The notes under the pieces are model-generated. The model was given only the letters and a program-made list of their open reading frames with translations, did not search any database and was not told the DNA's origin. Positions 31,744 through 42,910 of a stretch of 64,000 nt of DNA are shown here, piece by piece (the first letter of the stretch is position 1; every line of letters starts with the position of its first letter). Source of the stretch: an uncultured cyanobacterium. Its GTDB lineage: Bacteria > Cyanobacteriota > Cyanobacteriia > Phormidesmidales > Phormidesmidaceae. The translations under genes were made by a program, and so were the position numbers. Location: positions 800,001 to 864,000 of the forward strand of contig CAWBZI010000001.1 in assembly GCA_963793265.1 (NCBI GenBank), read 5' to 3'.

Positions 31744-33549
31744 CTAAGCAACCTGCCCCGTCGCCAGCCAAATCTGAGCGTTCACAGGTGCTTTTGCCCG
31801 AGACAACAACATTTTGAGCGCATTGCCCTCTAGCACTTCATTATCCAGCAGGTCTTTAGCCATCGTTTCAAGCAGGTTGCGATTCAGGTTGAGAATCGCG
31901 ATCGCAACCTCACGAGACTGATCGATAGACTGCTTCACCAGCCGGTCAATTTCCGCAGCAACCTCTCCACTCATGGCGCGTCGCGTACTGCCATTCTCTA
32001 AAAACTGAGAGGACGTTTTCTCAAAAGCAATCGGGCCTAAGCTAGGAGCCATGCCATATTGCGTCACGGCCTTCTCAGCCAAATCGGTTGCCTTTTGAAT
32101 GTCGTCGCTAGCACCCGTCGAAACCTTACCAAACACGACTTCTTCAGCGGCCCGCCCGCCCAATAAGGTCGCAAGCTGGCCGCGTAGCTCATCTTCGAGC
32201 ATCAAGAAGCGGTCTTCTTGCGGCGTTTGCATCGTGTAGCCCAAGGCTCCTTTGCCGCGAGGAACAATAGAGATTTTAGAGACTTGATGACCACCGGGCA
32301 TCAGAGCACCGACAATGGCATGGCCGACTTCGTGATAGGCCACGGTTTTGCGCTCGGTAGGAGAAAGAATGCGCGATCGCTTCTCCAAACCAGCAACCAC
32401 CCGCTCAATCGCCTCCTTAAAGTCAGCCATCAGCACTGCCTGACGGTTGTTACGGGCTGCCAGTAAAGCGGCTTCGTTAATAAGGTTTGCTAAGTCTGCG
32501 CCTGCAAAGCCGGATGTTTGAGTTGCGATCACTTCCAAATCCACATCCTCCCCCATAATCACCGCCCGCGAGTGCACCTGCAAAATCTCCAGTCGCCCGC
32601 TCTTGTCAGGCCGATCGACTAGCACCTGCCGATCAAAACGCCCTGCCCGCTTCAGCGCTGGGTCTAAAATCTCAGGTCTGTTGGTCGCCGCAATCAAAAT
32701 CACGCCCGTATTGCCATCAAAGCCATCCATCTCAGTAAGCAACTGATTCAACGTTTGCTCACGTTCGTCGTTGCCACCATTAGGATTGTTGCCTCCACGA
32801 GACTTACCAATCGCGTCTAGCTCATCAATAAAGACAATACAAGGAGACTGCTTTTTAGCTTTGTTGAACAAATCGCGAACCCGTGAAGCGCCTACGCCCA
32901 CATACATTTCAACAAACTCTGAGGCTGCAATACTCAAGAAGGGTACATTCGCCTCTCCTGCAACCGCTCTAGCCAAAAGTGTCTTACCCGTTCCCGGTGG
33001 GCCTACCAACAAAACGCCCTTGGGCATTTTTGCGCCGATCTTCCGATACTTCTCACCGTCTTTCAAAAAGTCAACCACTTCCTGAAGCTCTTGCTTGGCC
33101 TCATCCACGCCTGCCACATCAGCGAATGTAACCGCTGCGTCCTTTCCCTTGGCCCGGCTAGCGCTAGGGCTATAGGCCCGCGCCTTACTCTTACCCGTTG
33201 CGCCCATACCCGCAGAGCCCATCACATCCCCCATCTTTCCACTTTTAGAAAGCCAGGCAAAAGCACCCATCAAAGCGCCCGTAGAAAGCAATAGTCCAAC
33301 TAGGCTCGCTGTCGCCGCAGAAGTATCTGCAAGCGTAGTAAATTCAACGCCATGAGAGCGGAACAACTCGGCTGCGCTATGTGTGACTTCAGCAGGCTGA
33401 GTCGTCATGTAGCGCTTACCGCCAAACTCAGGCTTAAGGCGATAGTCGATTCTGTTGTTGGGGCGAATCGTCGCTCGCTGAACTTGGTTCGCTGTAACGT
33501 GATTAACAAAAGTACTGTAGTCAGCTCGCAGGAGGGTTTCCGTCTTCAT
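31744..33549 (-). CDS. ftsH: ATP-dependent zinc metalloprotease FtsH (one apparent TM helix)
   Basis: [14 protein letters not shown], second region of homology and HEVGH zinc motif. Confidence 0.95.
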   Translation of the reverse strand: MKTETLLRADYSTFVNHVTANQVQRATIRPNNRIDYRLKPEFGGKRYMTTQPAEVTHSAAELFRSHGVEFTTLADTSAATASLVGLLLSTGALMGAFAWLSKSGKMGDVMGSAGMGATGKSKARAYSPSASRAKGKDAAVTFADVAGVDEAKQELQEVVDFLKDGEKYRKIGAKMPKGVLLVGPPGTGKTLLARAVAGEANVPFLSIAASEFVEMYVGVGASRVRDLFNKAKKQSPCIVFIDELDAIGKSRGGNNPNGGNDEREQTLNQLLTEMDGFDGNTGVILIAATNRPEILDPALKRAGRFDRQVLVDRPDKSGRLEILQVHSRAVIMGEDVDLEVIATQTSGFAGADLANLINEAALLAARNNRQAVLMADFKEAIERVVAGLEKRSRILSPTERKTVAYHEVGHAIVGALMPGGHQVSKISIVPRGKGALGYTMQTPQEDRFLMLEDELRGQLATLLGGRAAEEVVFGKVSTGASDDIQKATDLAEKAVTQYGMAPSLGPIAFEKTSSQFLENGSTRRAMSGEVAAEIDRLVKQSIDQSREVAIAILNLNRNLLETMAKDLLDNEVLEGNALKMLLSRAKAPVNAQIWLATGQVA

Positions 33550-33848
33550 TAGGTGGGGTCTTCGCTTTTCAACAGTTTAAGTATGCAGTTGTTGAACAGA
33601 CAGTAAAAGATGAGATAACCCCACTACTTTCACGGTTTTTGTGCTGCAAGGGAAAGCCAGTATACGGCTACTACGAAAGATTGTTCTGGTTCTCCGTAGG
33701 CAAGCAGTAGAACAGAAAAGTAGGTAGGGGAATAACCGTCTGTTTTTTTACAGAGCTTTTGATGGCCTGATTAGAATCTTTTAGAACGGCACCTTTAAAC
33801 TGAAAATCTATGTAATATAAAGAGCAGTCAATATTACTTAGAAGGGTC

Positions 33849-34202
33849 ATGAGTTCTGCGATCGCAACGATTACAAAAGCAGAATTAGGGGCAGCGCCTA
33901 TTCAAGCGACAGCCGCATCACCAGCGGCGGTCAAAGAAAGATCGCGCAGTGTCGTCAAAGAAAAATATCCCAACTATAAAATCATCGTGCTCAATGACGA
34001 CTTCAATACGTTTGAGCACGTTGTCAAAACGCTGACCACCTATCTACCCGGCGTAAACAGCGACCAGGCGTGGGATTTGGCCGGTAAAATTCACAATGAA
34101 GGCCAGGCGATTGTCTGGACAGGCCCCTTAGAGCAGGCCGAGCTATACCACTCACAGCTTATTAGAGCGGGGCTTACGATGGCACCTCTAGAGAAGGCTT
34201 AG
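33849..34202 (+). CDS. clpS: Clp protease adaptor ClpS
   Basis: YKIIVLNDDFNTFEHV and EQAELYH. Confidence 0.92.
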   Translation: MSSAIATITKAELGAAPIQATAASPAAVKERSRSVVKEKYPNYKIIVLNDDFNTFEHVVKTLTTYLPGVNSDQAWDLAGKIHNEGQAIVWTGPLEQAELYHSQLIRAGLTMAPLEKA

Positions 34203-34274
34203 ATAAGACAGCTTTGGACTGTAGACGCATCAAAGGTTATGGTCGAATAACCTCAGCGTGCAGGCAAAGCAACC

Positions 34275-34664
34275 GTGGGCAAGAAGGGTACCGGGAAAAC
34301 GGGTAAAGCAAAAAAAGGCTCAAAGCAGTCTGCCAAACCAAAAAAGGCTAAGTCTGATCAGACAAAGCTGGCTAAGAAAAAGCCTAATAAAGGTAGAGTC
34401 GTCGTCACACACTCTACCTACATTCCTGGGCTAATTAATCTACTTGAGAAGTTAGCCACGTATCCCGAGATTCAGACGATCACGCCTGCTGTGATCTCGC
34501 GCGTAAAATCGAATTCACCTAAGATGCGCCTGAAGGTGTCAGTACCTATCACGGGCGGGCACAAGCTAATTGCTCGTCAGCGGAAGTCGGCGCAAGAGGT
34601 GTTTGTGATTACGCAGTGGACAAAGGCAGAACTAGAGCAGGCGATCACCCACATCCTTTCCTAA
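34275..34664 (+). CDS. DUF2103-like protein
   Basis: HSTYIPGL, ITPAVI and AQEVFV, with a Lys-rich N-terminus. Confidence 0.75.
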   Translation: MGKKGTGKTGKAKKGSKQSAKPKKAKSDQTKLAKKKPNKGRVVVTHSTYIPGLINLLEKLATYPEIQTITPAVISRVKSNSPKMRLKVSVPITGGHKLIARQRKSAQEVFVITQWTKAELEQAITHILS

Positions 34665-35875
34665 TGCCAAGCCCACCTCACAGCACCGACTGGCATGCAG
34701 AAGGGTCAGCCAAGTTTCAAACCGGCAATGCCTTCTTTCGCACCAGTAGCAGCACGGGTCGAGATTTGGCTGTGCTGGCTGCGATCGCCCACAAATCCCA
34801 CCTTGCCGATACCCCTTTCCGCGTCCTCGACGCCATGACCGGCTGCGGCGTCCGACCACTACGCTATGCCCTAGAAGCCAATGCTGATTATGTATGGGCA
34901 AACGAAGGCAACTCAGACTTACAGCCACTTCTGCAAGCCAATCTCAGCGGTAGCCTTTCGTCTGAGCGCTATCGCATCACGCATCAAAACGCTAATACCG
35001 TCTTTTTTGACTGCTATCAGCGTCAAGACTTTTACGATCTGATTGATGTAGACGGCTTTGGGAGTCCGATGCCTGTGATCGCCAACGCCCTATGGGCCGT
35101 CAAACTCGGTGGCCTGATCTATCTCACCAGCACCGATGGCCGCACCACCAGCGGCCGCGCACCCGACAAAAGCCTGCAAACCTACAGTGCTTATGCTCGC
35201 AATCATCCAGCAGTACACGAACAGGGGCTCAGACTACTCATCGGTCTAATCTTGCAACAGGCGGCTGCCAGAGGGCTTGCGGCAAAACCCGTCTTCTCTT
35301 TTTACAAGGGCGAAGTAAACCGCGTTATGGTTCGCGTTTCTAAGCCTTCAAACGAATGGAATTCTGCTAGCTACGGCTTCTTAGCCTACTGCTATCACTG
35401 CGGCCAGTTTCAAAGCGTCCCCTGGAAAAAGCTCAGCCGCGTCTTATGTACTTGCAATCCACACGACCAAGCAGACGACCAAATCGATAAGCCTATTGTC
35501 AGTGGGCCAATGTGGCTAGGGCCGCTACACGATACCAGCGAATTAGAAAACATGAGGCAGATTGCAGTCACGCTAACGCAAACATCAGCCGAAACAAAAG
35601 CCAATTCAAACAGCTGGGCTCACTGCCAACCACTGATAGAAACGCTACAGGCCGAAGCCAATCTACCGCCCTATCACTACCCCCTAGCCGAAATTGGCCG
35701 ACGAGGAAAAATGGACATTCCACCTCGTCAGGCGCTCCTATCGCAGCTACAGCAAGCAGGATTTGCCGCGACACCCACACATATCAGCCCTCAAGCGATT
35801 AAAACCGATGCCCCGATTGCCGCCTGCATCCGTTTAGCTAAGCAAGTGTCACAGTTAAGGCACCTGCCGGAATAG
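34664..35875 (+). CDS. trm1: tRNA (guanine-N2)-dimethyltransferase, Trm1 family
   Basis: AFF...RDL, VLDAMTGCGVRPLRY, IDVDGFGSP, LTSTD, CYHC, GPMWLGPLH and KTDAP. Start overlaps the upstream TAA. Confidence 0.85.
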   Translation: MPSPPHSTDWHAEGSAKFQTGNAFFRTSSSTGRDLAVLAAIAHKSHLADTPFRVLDAMTGCGVRPLRYALEANADYVWANEGNSDLQPLLQANLSGSLSSERYRITHQNANTVFFDCYQRQDFYDLIDVDGFGSPMPVIANALWAVKLGGLIYLTSTDGRTTSGRAPDKSLQTYSAYARNHPAVHEQGLRLLIGLILQQAAARGLAAKPVFSFYKGEVNRVMVRVSKPSNEWNSASYGFLAYCYHCGQFQSVPWKKLSRVLCTCNPHDQADDQIDKPIVSGPMWLGPLHDTSELENMRQIAVTLTQTSAETKANSNSWAHCQPLIETLQAEANLPPYHYPLAEIGRRGKMDIPPRQALLSQLQQAGFAATPTHISPQAIKTDAPIAACIRLAKQVSQLRHLPE

Positions 35876-35921
35876 GCACTCTGTAGGGTGAATACATAAG
35901 CGTTCACTTCGTAAAAAGGCC

Positions 35922-36602
35922 ATGAAAGCAGCACTCGCAGGATTAGCAATTGTAGCCGCCGCTGTTGGCGGGGGCATTGGCTACGCTGGAATGCAGACAA
36001 CCGAACTGCCCGAGTGGTATGCCGAAGCGACCAACGATTCTGCTCAGCGGGTCGCAAGCAGTCAAGCCGATGGCACTTTTCCTGAAAACTATTCGGTAGA
36101 ATCAAACGCGGTGTATGAAGACGGACGCACAACCACCGTGATTCCAGCCGGTGAGCTGAACCAAATGGTGACCGATGCGATCGCCAGCCAACCCTACACT
36201 GCCCCCATACTAGATGTCGCCAAAGACATCAATACTGCCATCCAAAACGGTCGAGTCGAAAGCGGCGCAACCATCAATCTTTCAGATCTACCCCTAGCAG
36301 CACTCCCCACAGAAGGCCGACAGGCCGTAGAGCAGCTTACGCAAACCTTTCCATTCCTCGCCAATCGCGACGTGTACTTAGGCATCGAGGGCCGTCCCAA
36401 GATCGTTGATGGAGCCCTCAGCTTAGATGACACACATATCAAAATAGGCCAGCTCAAGCTACCGATTGGCAGCGTAGCGAGACAGTTAGGGCTATCACAG
36501 GGCGACATTGAGCAGCAAATAGATGCGCTACTTTCCCAGCAAGGGCTAACGCTAGACGATGTTGAAATTGTGGATGGAGAACTGGTTATTCAAGGCCAGT
36601 AA
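35922..36602 (+). CDS. Hypothetical membrane-anchored protein
   Basis: N-terminal hydrophobic helix in a 226-aa ORF. Confidence 0.65.
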   Translation: MKAALAGLAIVAAAVGGGIGYAGMQTTELPEWYAEATNDSAQRVASSQADGTFPENYSVESNAVYEDGRTTTVIPAGELNQMVTDAIASQPYTAPILDVAKDINTAIQNGRVESGATINLSDLPLAALPTEGRQAVEQLTQTFPFLANRDVYLGIEGRPKIVDGALSLDDTHIKIGQLKLPIGSVARQLGLSQGDIEQQIDALLSQQGLTLDDVEIVDGELVIQGQ

Positions 36603-36626
36603 CTTAGCCCATAGCAAGTAAATAAC

Positions 36627-36968
36627 TTACTGTTCTTGAATCAGTCGCATGTAGTTTTGCTTGAGCTGAATATTACTCTTAGCCATCTTTTCAGACAGAC
36701 CAGCTTCAGCATCGCTCAGGCTCTCGTAGAACATTGCAGAGCGCTGTACCGAAATATATTCCTGCCAAAGCTGCTTGAGTAGCTTTGGAGCCGCTGAGCT
36801 ATCTGTCTCTATTTGAGAAATGATGGCGTTGAACTGCTCATTGGCCTGGTCATAGTTTTTACTGTCTTTTGCTAGCGAGATAGCACCCGATAGCGTCACT
36901 TCCAACAGGCTTTTCTGGGGTGCTTCGGTGGGCGCTAGGTTTGAAGCTTCTGAAGTATTCTCTGGCAT
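36627..36968 (-). CDS. Hypothetical cyanobacterial helical protein
   Basis: 113-aa ORF ending QNYMRLIQEQ. Confidence 0.65.
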   Translation of the reverse strand: MPENTSEASNLAPTEAPQKSLLEVTLSGAISLAKDSKNYDQANEQFNAIISQIETDSSAAPKLLKQLWQEYISVQRSAMFYESLSDAEAGLSEKMAKSNIQLKQNYMRLIQEQ

Positions 36969-37069
36969 CGTTAAGGATTATTGGTATTGATTACGTCATT
37001 TACAGTGAGCCATAAATCGCGCGCAATCTCCTCTTCATAAATGCAGAAATATTCAGATCGATACAAGCA

Positions 37070-37630
37070 CTAGCGACGATAAGTCGTACAGCCCCAGTGC
37101 CGACTTCGAGGTGATCTTGGCCCGCGCCACCCACGCCTGCGCAGTTCCTTTGCAATCAACCCGTTAATCCCGCCGTGAGCCACTAGCACCACGGCCTTAG
37201 ATTTTTGAATCTGATCTTCTAATAAATCAGCAGCAGCCTTAGCTCTAGCTCTTGATCGCGTCAAAGACTCAGAGCGCGACGTGTATCCCAATCGCCACAG
37301 CCCCATTGCCATTGCCGACCACATCAACGCCGAAAATCGAAGGTGACGCGAAAAATCAACCGGAAACTCAATCTCTCGAAATCTTGAATCAGCGGTGGTC
37401 GGTGCCACAGCACCTAATAGCTCAGCCGTGTGCATGGCCCGAGGGCGGTTGCTGGTAAATACAACATCCGCAGCCGCAACAACCTGCTTTACAGACAGAG
37501 GTGGTAGCGATCGCCCCTCAATCCTGGCCGCATCATAACGTTCTACAAACTGCCGAAACTGATGCCCGCTCACCTTTTGGCGCAAAGACACTGCGGGCGG
37601 GCCATGGCGAATAAGCGTAATCGAAGGCAT
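37070..37630 (-). CDS. Histidine phosphatase superfamily protein
   Basis: LIRHG, RAMHTA and LVAHGG. The ATG at 37630 is preferred over the longer ORF. Confidence 0.8.
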   Translation of the reverse strand: MPSITLIRHGPPAVSLRQKVSGHQFRQFVERYDAARIEGRSLPPLSVKQVVAAADVVFTSNRPRAMHTAELLGAVAPTTADSRFREIEFPVDFSRHLRFSALMWSAMAMGLWRLGYTSRSESLTRSRARAKAAADLLEDQIQKSKAVVLVAHGGINGLIAKELRRRGWRGPRSPRSRHWGCTTYRR

Positions 37631-37750
37631 AAGCGAAGCGACTCTAAATACGACAGACCTAACAGGAACCAACCGAGAACTGGCAGACGATAGCGTAAAA
37701 TCTTCAAAAGATTCAGTATTTGGCGCTAGAGACTCCTCGCGCAAAACTCT

Positions 37751-38779
37751 ATGGTAAACGCGGTGAACGTAGCTTCTAACCCTGCACCTACACTTTCAAC
37801 TGAGCCCAACTGGCAACACTTCGCAGACAAAGCACTAGCAGGTGATGTGCTGACTTGCACCGAGGCTCTCTCAATACTATCCGCGCCTGATAGCGCTATT
37901 CTCGATCAGCTTGCCGCTGCCTATCGCGTTCGCCGTCAGTATTGGGGCGATCGCGTCCGCCTACACTTTTTACTCAACGCCCAAAGCGGCCTGTGCCCCG
38001 AAGACTGCCACTACTGCTCCCAGTCCAAAATTTCAGGGGCCGAAATTGAAAAATATCCGCTCATGGCCAAAGAGAAGATTGTTGCCGCCGCAGGCCGGGC
38101 TCATGAGATAAAGGCAGGCACTTTCTGCATGGCGATCTCAGGCCGCAGTCCTTCTGAAAAAGTGTTCGAGGGCATCTTGGAAGCCGTTCGCACTGTCAAA
38201 GGCCAGTACCCCATGAAGGTGTGCACTACCCTAGGTCTGCTTAACGAAGATCAGGCCAGCCAGCTCAAGTCAGCCGGTGTAGATCGCATTAATCACAACC
38301 TCAATACCGCCGAAAGCCACCACGAAGACATCTGCACCACCCATACTTTTCAAGACCGGCTCTCTACGGTCAAAGCTGTGCAGTCAGCCGGGCTCACTAC
38401 CTGCTCAGGCGGCATTTTTGGCATGGGCGAAACGGATGATGACATTGTGTCTCTGGCACTATCGCTGCGATCGCTCAACGTCACAAGCGTACCGCTAAAC
38501 TTCTTAATCCCCATCGAAGGCACCCCTTTCTCACAAAAAAACGAACTCACGCCGCAGCGCTGCCTGCGAATACTGTGCCTGTTTCGGCTGCTGCTGCCCG
38601 CCCAAGAGATTCGGATTGCAGGCGGACGGGAGGTTCATTTGCGATCGCTTCAGCCCCTTGGCCTCTACGCCGCCAACTCCATTTTTGTAGGTGACTACCT
38701 CACCACACCTGGTCAGTCAGCACAGCAGGACTTCGCCATGATCCGCGACGCCGGGTTCACCATAGAAGAACAGGATTAA
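37751..38779 (+). CDS. bioB: Biotin synthase
   Basis: [34 protein letters not shown] and [12 protein letters not shown]. Confidence 0.97.
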   Translation: MVNAVNVASNPAPTLSTEPNWQHFADKALAGDVLTCTEALSILSAPDSAILDQLAAAYRVRRQYWGDRVRLHFLLNAQSGLCPEDCHYCSQSKISGAEIEKYPLMAKEKIVAAAGRAHEIKAGTFCMAISGRSPSEKVFEGILEAVRTVKGQYPMKVCTTLGLLNEDQASQLKSAGVDRINHNLNTAESHHEDICTTHTFQDRLSTVKAVQSAGLTTCSGGIFGMGETDDDIVSLALSLRSLNVTSVPLNFLIPIEGTPFSQKNELTPQRCLRILCLFRLLLPAQEIRIAGGREVHLRSLQPLGLYAANSIFVGDYLTTPGQSAQQDFAMIRDAGFTIEEQD

Positions 38780-39350
38780 ATACATAAGTAAGTTATGCAT
38801 ATTTATGTTAAGCCTTATTAGCTTGTTGGCAGCGCATGAGCGTCCAAAATGAGCTAAAAAAAGCAGGAATTTTATGGAGCCGCGGTGAGGTACGAGGGCT
38901 TGTTATGGCGTTGCGTGCACTTCCGTTTGCTCCTCAGCAATGCTTTTGTATTTTTAGCCTTTTAGGTAGGGAGCTTTTGTAGCCTTTTGACCGTCTGTAG
39001 AAATGTTTGAGGGCCTATCTCTCTATGGTCTTTCTTCTATAGGTCGAGGTCTAGTATCAAATCTAATAGCAACCAAATCATTCAGGGCAAAGTAATAGGT
39101 GCTCTCAGGGCTATCAGCCTAATGCTATCTATTGAAAAGCATCTCACAAGAATAAATCTATCCTTCACTCAAGGACACCGTTCACCAAAAAGCTAGATTG
39201 GCGCACATGGCTACGTGACCTTCGGTTCAGCTCTTTTGTAAAGCTTGTCTGCGGACTTGTCTTGCAAGGTTACGTAAGTAATTACTATTATGTATGTGCT
39301 AAAAATAACCTTCTAATATAACGAGGGCATTTATCGCTAGCATCAACATA

Positions 39351-39370
39351 GTGATAGAGCGCCCTATCAC
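39351..39370. promoter_or_regulatory. Near-perfect 20-bp palindrome (operator candidate)
   Basis: GTGATAGAGCGCCCTATCAC. Confidence 0.45.
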
Positions 39371-39536
39371 GCTGAAACAGATCTTCCACCGACAATAGTA
39401 GGTACGTATATCAGAGATGTCTCTACGTGGTCATCCTATAAGTGAGGTAATAGAAGCTACACAAAACAGTCCCTTCAGGGGAATCGTCGTCTTTCCTTTA
39501 AAAAGTGGTTATTTACAGTTTTTCAACCGTCCTCAT

Positions 39537-40106
39537 ATGCGCCACCCTATTCCTAAAATGACAAAACGGGTTACAACAGTCGGCCCTACTGCCACTTGGC
39601 CGACCCGGTGGTCAACCCATTGGCTAACCTGGCCGCTCGCTAAGCGGATAGCCATTTCTTTAATTATTTCGCCTATAGCCATCGGACTCATAAGCTGTGA
39701 AGAAGACGCATACGATAGCGACAACACAGCAACCATCCCCAATGCTAGCAATACCGCTGGCGTGCAGTCTGCGCCCGAGCTAGCCATTATCTACCCAGAG
39801 GGAAATCCAGGTGATAACAGCGCCTTTATTCAGGTCGCAGAAAACGATCCCACCGTTACTCAGGTCAATGCTCAAGACGCGCCCGGCAGCACCCTCATCT
39901 ATCGACTGCAAGACGGTGAAGATATGAATAAATTTGTGATGGACGAAACCACAGGCTCGCTCAGCTTCAAAGAGCTTCCCGACTGGGAAAGACCTCACGA
40001 CGCCGATGGTAACAACAACTACATGGTGCTGTGGCAAGTTGTTAGCTCAACGGGCGAAGCACGCAGCCAGTTTTTGGTTATTCAAGTAACCGATCTGCCT
40101 GACTAA
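39537..40106 (+). CDS. Lipoprotein with a single bacterial cadherin-like domain
   Basis: IGLISC lipobox and VAEN...AQD...FKELPDWERPHDADGNNNY...VTDLPD. Confidence 0.75.
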   Translation: MRHPIPKMTKRVTTVGPTATWPTRWSTHWLTWPLAKRIAISLIISPIAIGLISCEEDAYDSDNTATIPNASNTAGVQSAPELAIIYPEGNPGDNSAFIQVAENDPTVTQVNAQDAPGSTLIYRLQDGEDMNKFVMDETTGSLSFKELPDWERPHDADGNNNYMVLWQVVSSTGEARSQFLVIQVTDLPD

Positions 40107-40255
40107 AACATCCTGACTAGAACATCTTAAAACGTCTTAAGTTGATGCTGATTCTAAACGCACTTGCGTAGCAGGCCGCTCCTTGGTGCGTTCAGCCATC
40201 AATTAGGCATAATATAAATAGAGCATATTCGCTTAGTTGTCCTTACCGTAGCCGC

Positions 40256-41011
40256 ATGGGTCGCCGCCTATTTATCGGAGATATTCACGGCCATTACGAT
40301 GGGCTGATGCAGCTAGTTGCCATGATTTCACCGAGTCAGCAAGATACGCTGCACTTCGTCGGCGACCTGATTGATAGAGGCCCTAAAAGCGCCCAGGTAG
40401 TAGAGTTTGTACGAAATAGCAACTCTCTGTGTGTGATGGGCAATCATGAGCATCTTTTACTCAATGCTTTCCCAGAAGAAAATCCTAATTTAGGCGCTTT
40501 TCAAGGCTGGCTCAATAGCGGCGGACAGCCGACATTAACTAGCTATCCGAGTACAGAAGCACTGCTCGAACATGTGGAGTGGATGAAAGCACTACCGCTG
40601 TACCTAGATTTAGGAGATGTCTTTTTAGTCCATGCCGGGCTCGATCCGCATAAGAATTTAAGCCAGCAAACCCAAATGGACTTTTGCTGGATTCGCGATG
40701 CCTTTCACAGTCACCCTACGCCAGTATTTGCTGACAAACGCATCATCACAGGTCATACCATCACGTTTACTCTGCCAGGGGTAGCGCCCGGACAGATTGC
40801 TCAAGGCCCTGGCTGGCTAGATATTGACACAGGAGCCTATCATCCCAAGAGCGGCTGGCTGAGTGCGGTAGATATTGATCACGGTTTGGTTTATCAGGTT
40901 AATACCAATACGCGCGCACGCAAAATGACTACGCTCAACAATGCAGCCGTTTCAATCGATCCGGCTGCTGTTAAGCCAAGGCAAAGAAAGCGACAGTTTG
41001 TTATTCATTGA
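40256..41011 (+). CDS. PPP-family Ser/Thr phosphatase (metallophosphoesterase)
   Basis: GDIHG, GDLIDRG, GNHE, HAG, GHT and IDTG. Confidence 0.93.
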   Translation: MGRRLFIGDIHGHYDGLMQLVAMISPSQQDTLHFVGDLIDRGPKSAQVVEFVRNSNSLCVMGNHEHLLLNAFPEENPNLGAFQGWLNSGGQPTLTSYPSTEALLEHVEWMKALPLYLDLGDVFLVHAGLDPHKNLSQQTQMDFCWIRDAFHSHPTPVFADKRIITGHTITFTLPGVAPGQIAQGPGWLDIDTGAYHPKSGWLSAVDIDHGLVYQVNTNTRARKMTTLNNAAVSIDPAAVKPRQRKRQFVIH

Positions 41012-41046
41012 AACTTAGATCAAGAAGACTTAAGATCAAGGTGCCA

Positions 41047-41520
41047 TCAGGCCAGCACCGTTTTACCGGCAAAGTAATCCTGTAGCTGCGCGGTATGGTC
41101 GTGCGCTAGTGTTGCAGTCGGCATATCTTCTGGATGAAATGCCTGAACTTCAAGAACTTCTGCCTCATCAAAAATATTGAAAGATCCCTCAACACTCGCT
41201 TCTAAAGCGACGCATACCGAGTGAAATCGAGGATCTCTATTAGCCGCAGAATATACGCCTACCAGGCGACCAACTTTTGTGATTGTCAAGCCAGTTTCTT
41301 CGGTTAGCTCACGCTTAGCGGCAGTTTCAATAGTTTCATCCCAGTCCACAATGCCGCCTGGCAGGCTCCATAGGCCATTATCACGGCGGCGAATGAGCAC
41401 AATGCGACCGTCTGGAAGGAGGGGGATGATACTTGTGCCCACAATAGGACGGCGTAGTAACAAGCCTAGTAAGGTGCGAACCGGACGTAAGCCGTGAATC
41501 GGATTAAAGGTGTTCGGCAT
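41047..41520 (-). CDS. NUDIX hydrolase
   Basis: PGG...E..ETAAKRELTEETGL Nudix box. Confidence 0.93.
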   Translation of the reverse strand: MPNTFNPIHGLRPVRTLLGLLLRRPIVGTSIIPLLPDGRIVLIRRRDNGLWSLPGGIVDWDETIETAAKRELTEETGLTITKVGRLVGVYSAANRDPRFHSVCVALEASVEGSFNIFDEAEVLEVQAFHPEDMPTATLAHDHTAQLQDYFAGKTVLA

Positions 41521-41696
41521 CAGAAAAACTTAGGCTGATGGGGTTACCGTTAGCAACCTGTCGGTTACTGATAAACGGCTAAGAAATTGTATACCAAGAG
41601 GCTGAAGAAACAGGGAAATCACATTCGCAATCTGCCAAAGTTCACAATAGCTACGACACTCTACGAAATTTCAATGTCATCAAAGCATCTTGAGTG

Positions 41697-42521
41697 TTAA
41701 GGCAAAATCACGTTCACCAAAGGCTCAAACTTCGCTACCAAATCTGGCCGAGTCACCAGCGTCGGGAACGGATGCGTACTATAGTCCTTTCCCGCAATTA
41801 ACGGAAAAGAAGCCTTTCCATCAAGCTGCGTCCAGCTAGCTCCTGCAGCCTGTGTAATTGCCCAGACGGCGGCAATATCCCAAATTTTCGGCGTCGCTTC
41901 TACCGCGCCTAGGCTTACACCAGAGGCTACTGTCAGCAGGTTATAAGTCGCCACGCCCAGCATCCGAATTTTGCATGGGAAAGGTTTTTGCAGCACTTTA
42001 ATGCTGCGAGCACATAGGCTGAAAAAGTACGAACCGGAAGGCGCAGCCGCAGCGGTCTTAATAGGCTTTTCGTTCATGAAAGCGCCAGCGGGCACTGAAC
42101 CAGGCATCTCAGAAGCGGCAGATCCTGGCCAATAGCCGTAGAAGTGCTGGTCAAGCGTAGGAATATAGACATGGCCGAATACGGGCGTACCTTTGTAAAG
42201 TAGGCCGAGTGAGATTCCCCAAAGCGGAACACCTCTGGTAAAGTTTGTCGTTCCATCAATCGGATCGATCACCCAGCACCAGTCTGTACCAGGAAAAACG
42301 TGCTCAGCTTCTTCGCTTAAGACGCCGTGGTCGGGGAAGGTTCTTTTGATGCGATCGCTCAATTCCGCATCCGCCCATTTGTCGTACTCAGTGACTAAGC
42401 TACCATCGGCCTTTTGCTCAGCAGTAGCGCTGCCAAAGGCTCCTAGCAAATGCGCCCCCACTTCATGCGTCACCGATTGAGCAAAGCGGGTCACGTCGTC
42501 CCAAAAATTATCAGTTGTCAT
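41697..42521 (-). CDS. Inositol monophosphatase family protein
   Basis: SEE, WVIDPIDGTTNF and WDIAA. Confidence 0.93.
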   Translation of the reverse strand: MTTDNFWDDVTRFAQSVTHEVGAHLLGAFGSATAEQKADGSLVTEYDKWADAELSDRIKRTFPDHGVLSEEAEHVFPGTDWCWVIDPIDGTTNFTRGVPLWGISLGLLYKGTPVFGHVYIPTLDQHFYGYWPGSAASEMPGSVPAGAFMNEKPIKTAAAAPSGSYFFSLCARSIKVLQKPFPCKIRMLGVATYNLLTVASGVSLGAVEATPKIWDIAAVWAITQAAGASWTQLDGKASFPLIAGKDYSTHPFPTLVTRPDLVAKFEPLVNVILP

Positions 42522-42619
42522 TATGTTATTTGGGCGGCCTGCGGCACCTGAATAGGAGTCTATCTAGTTTATATTCTGCGGTACAAATACCTCGTTTGTT
42601 TTTCGCTGAGTATTCTTTG

Positions 42620-42910
42620 CTAAGAGGCAGATCCATTAGCGCTAAGCCAGTTCGATAGATCTTCTACCCCAGAAAAATCTATTAGCGCTTCACTCAAAGC
42701 TTCGACTTGCTCATAAGACAGTTGATTGATTTGCTGCTGATCCGCTTCAGATACATCACCAACAAAGCGACGCAGTTGCCGCAGAACAACTAACTTACGG
42801 CGCTGAGTCACTTCTTGTAGTGCCTCTGCTTTGCCTTCTGCTTTGCCCTGCGCAATTCCTTTTGCCATACCCTCTTCTATGATGTCTTGGTAGATAGCTG
42901 ACTCTTGCAT
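42620..42910 (-). CDS. Putative nested in-frame small protein (RpnS-like, 96 aa)
   Basis: AGGAG-TGATCTT-ATG inside the Rpn gene, giving MQESAIYQDI... Confidence 0.5.
   Translation of the reverse strand: MQESAIYQDIIEEGMAKGIAQGKAEGKAEALQEVTQRRKLVVLRQLRRFVGDVSEADQQQINQLSYEQVEALSEALIDFSGVEDLSNWLSANGSAS

Noticed and set aside
31587..31817. 76-aa ORF after the sensor gene
   Set aside because: It starts inside the promoter motif, runs through the terminator into ftsH antisense, and has no RBS.
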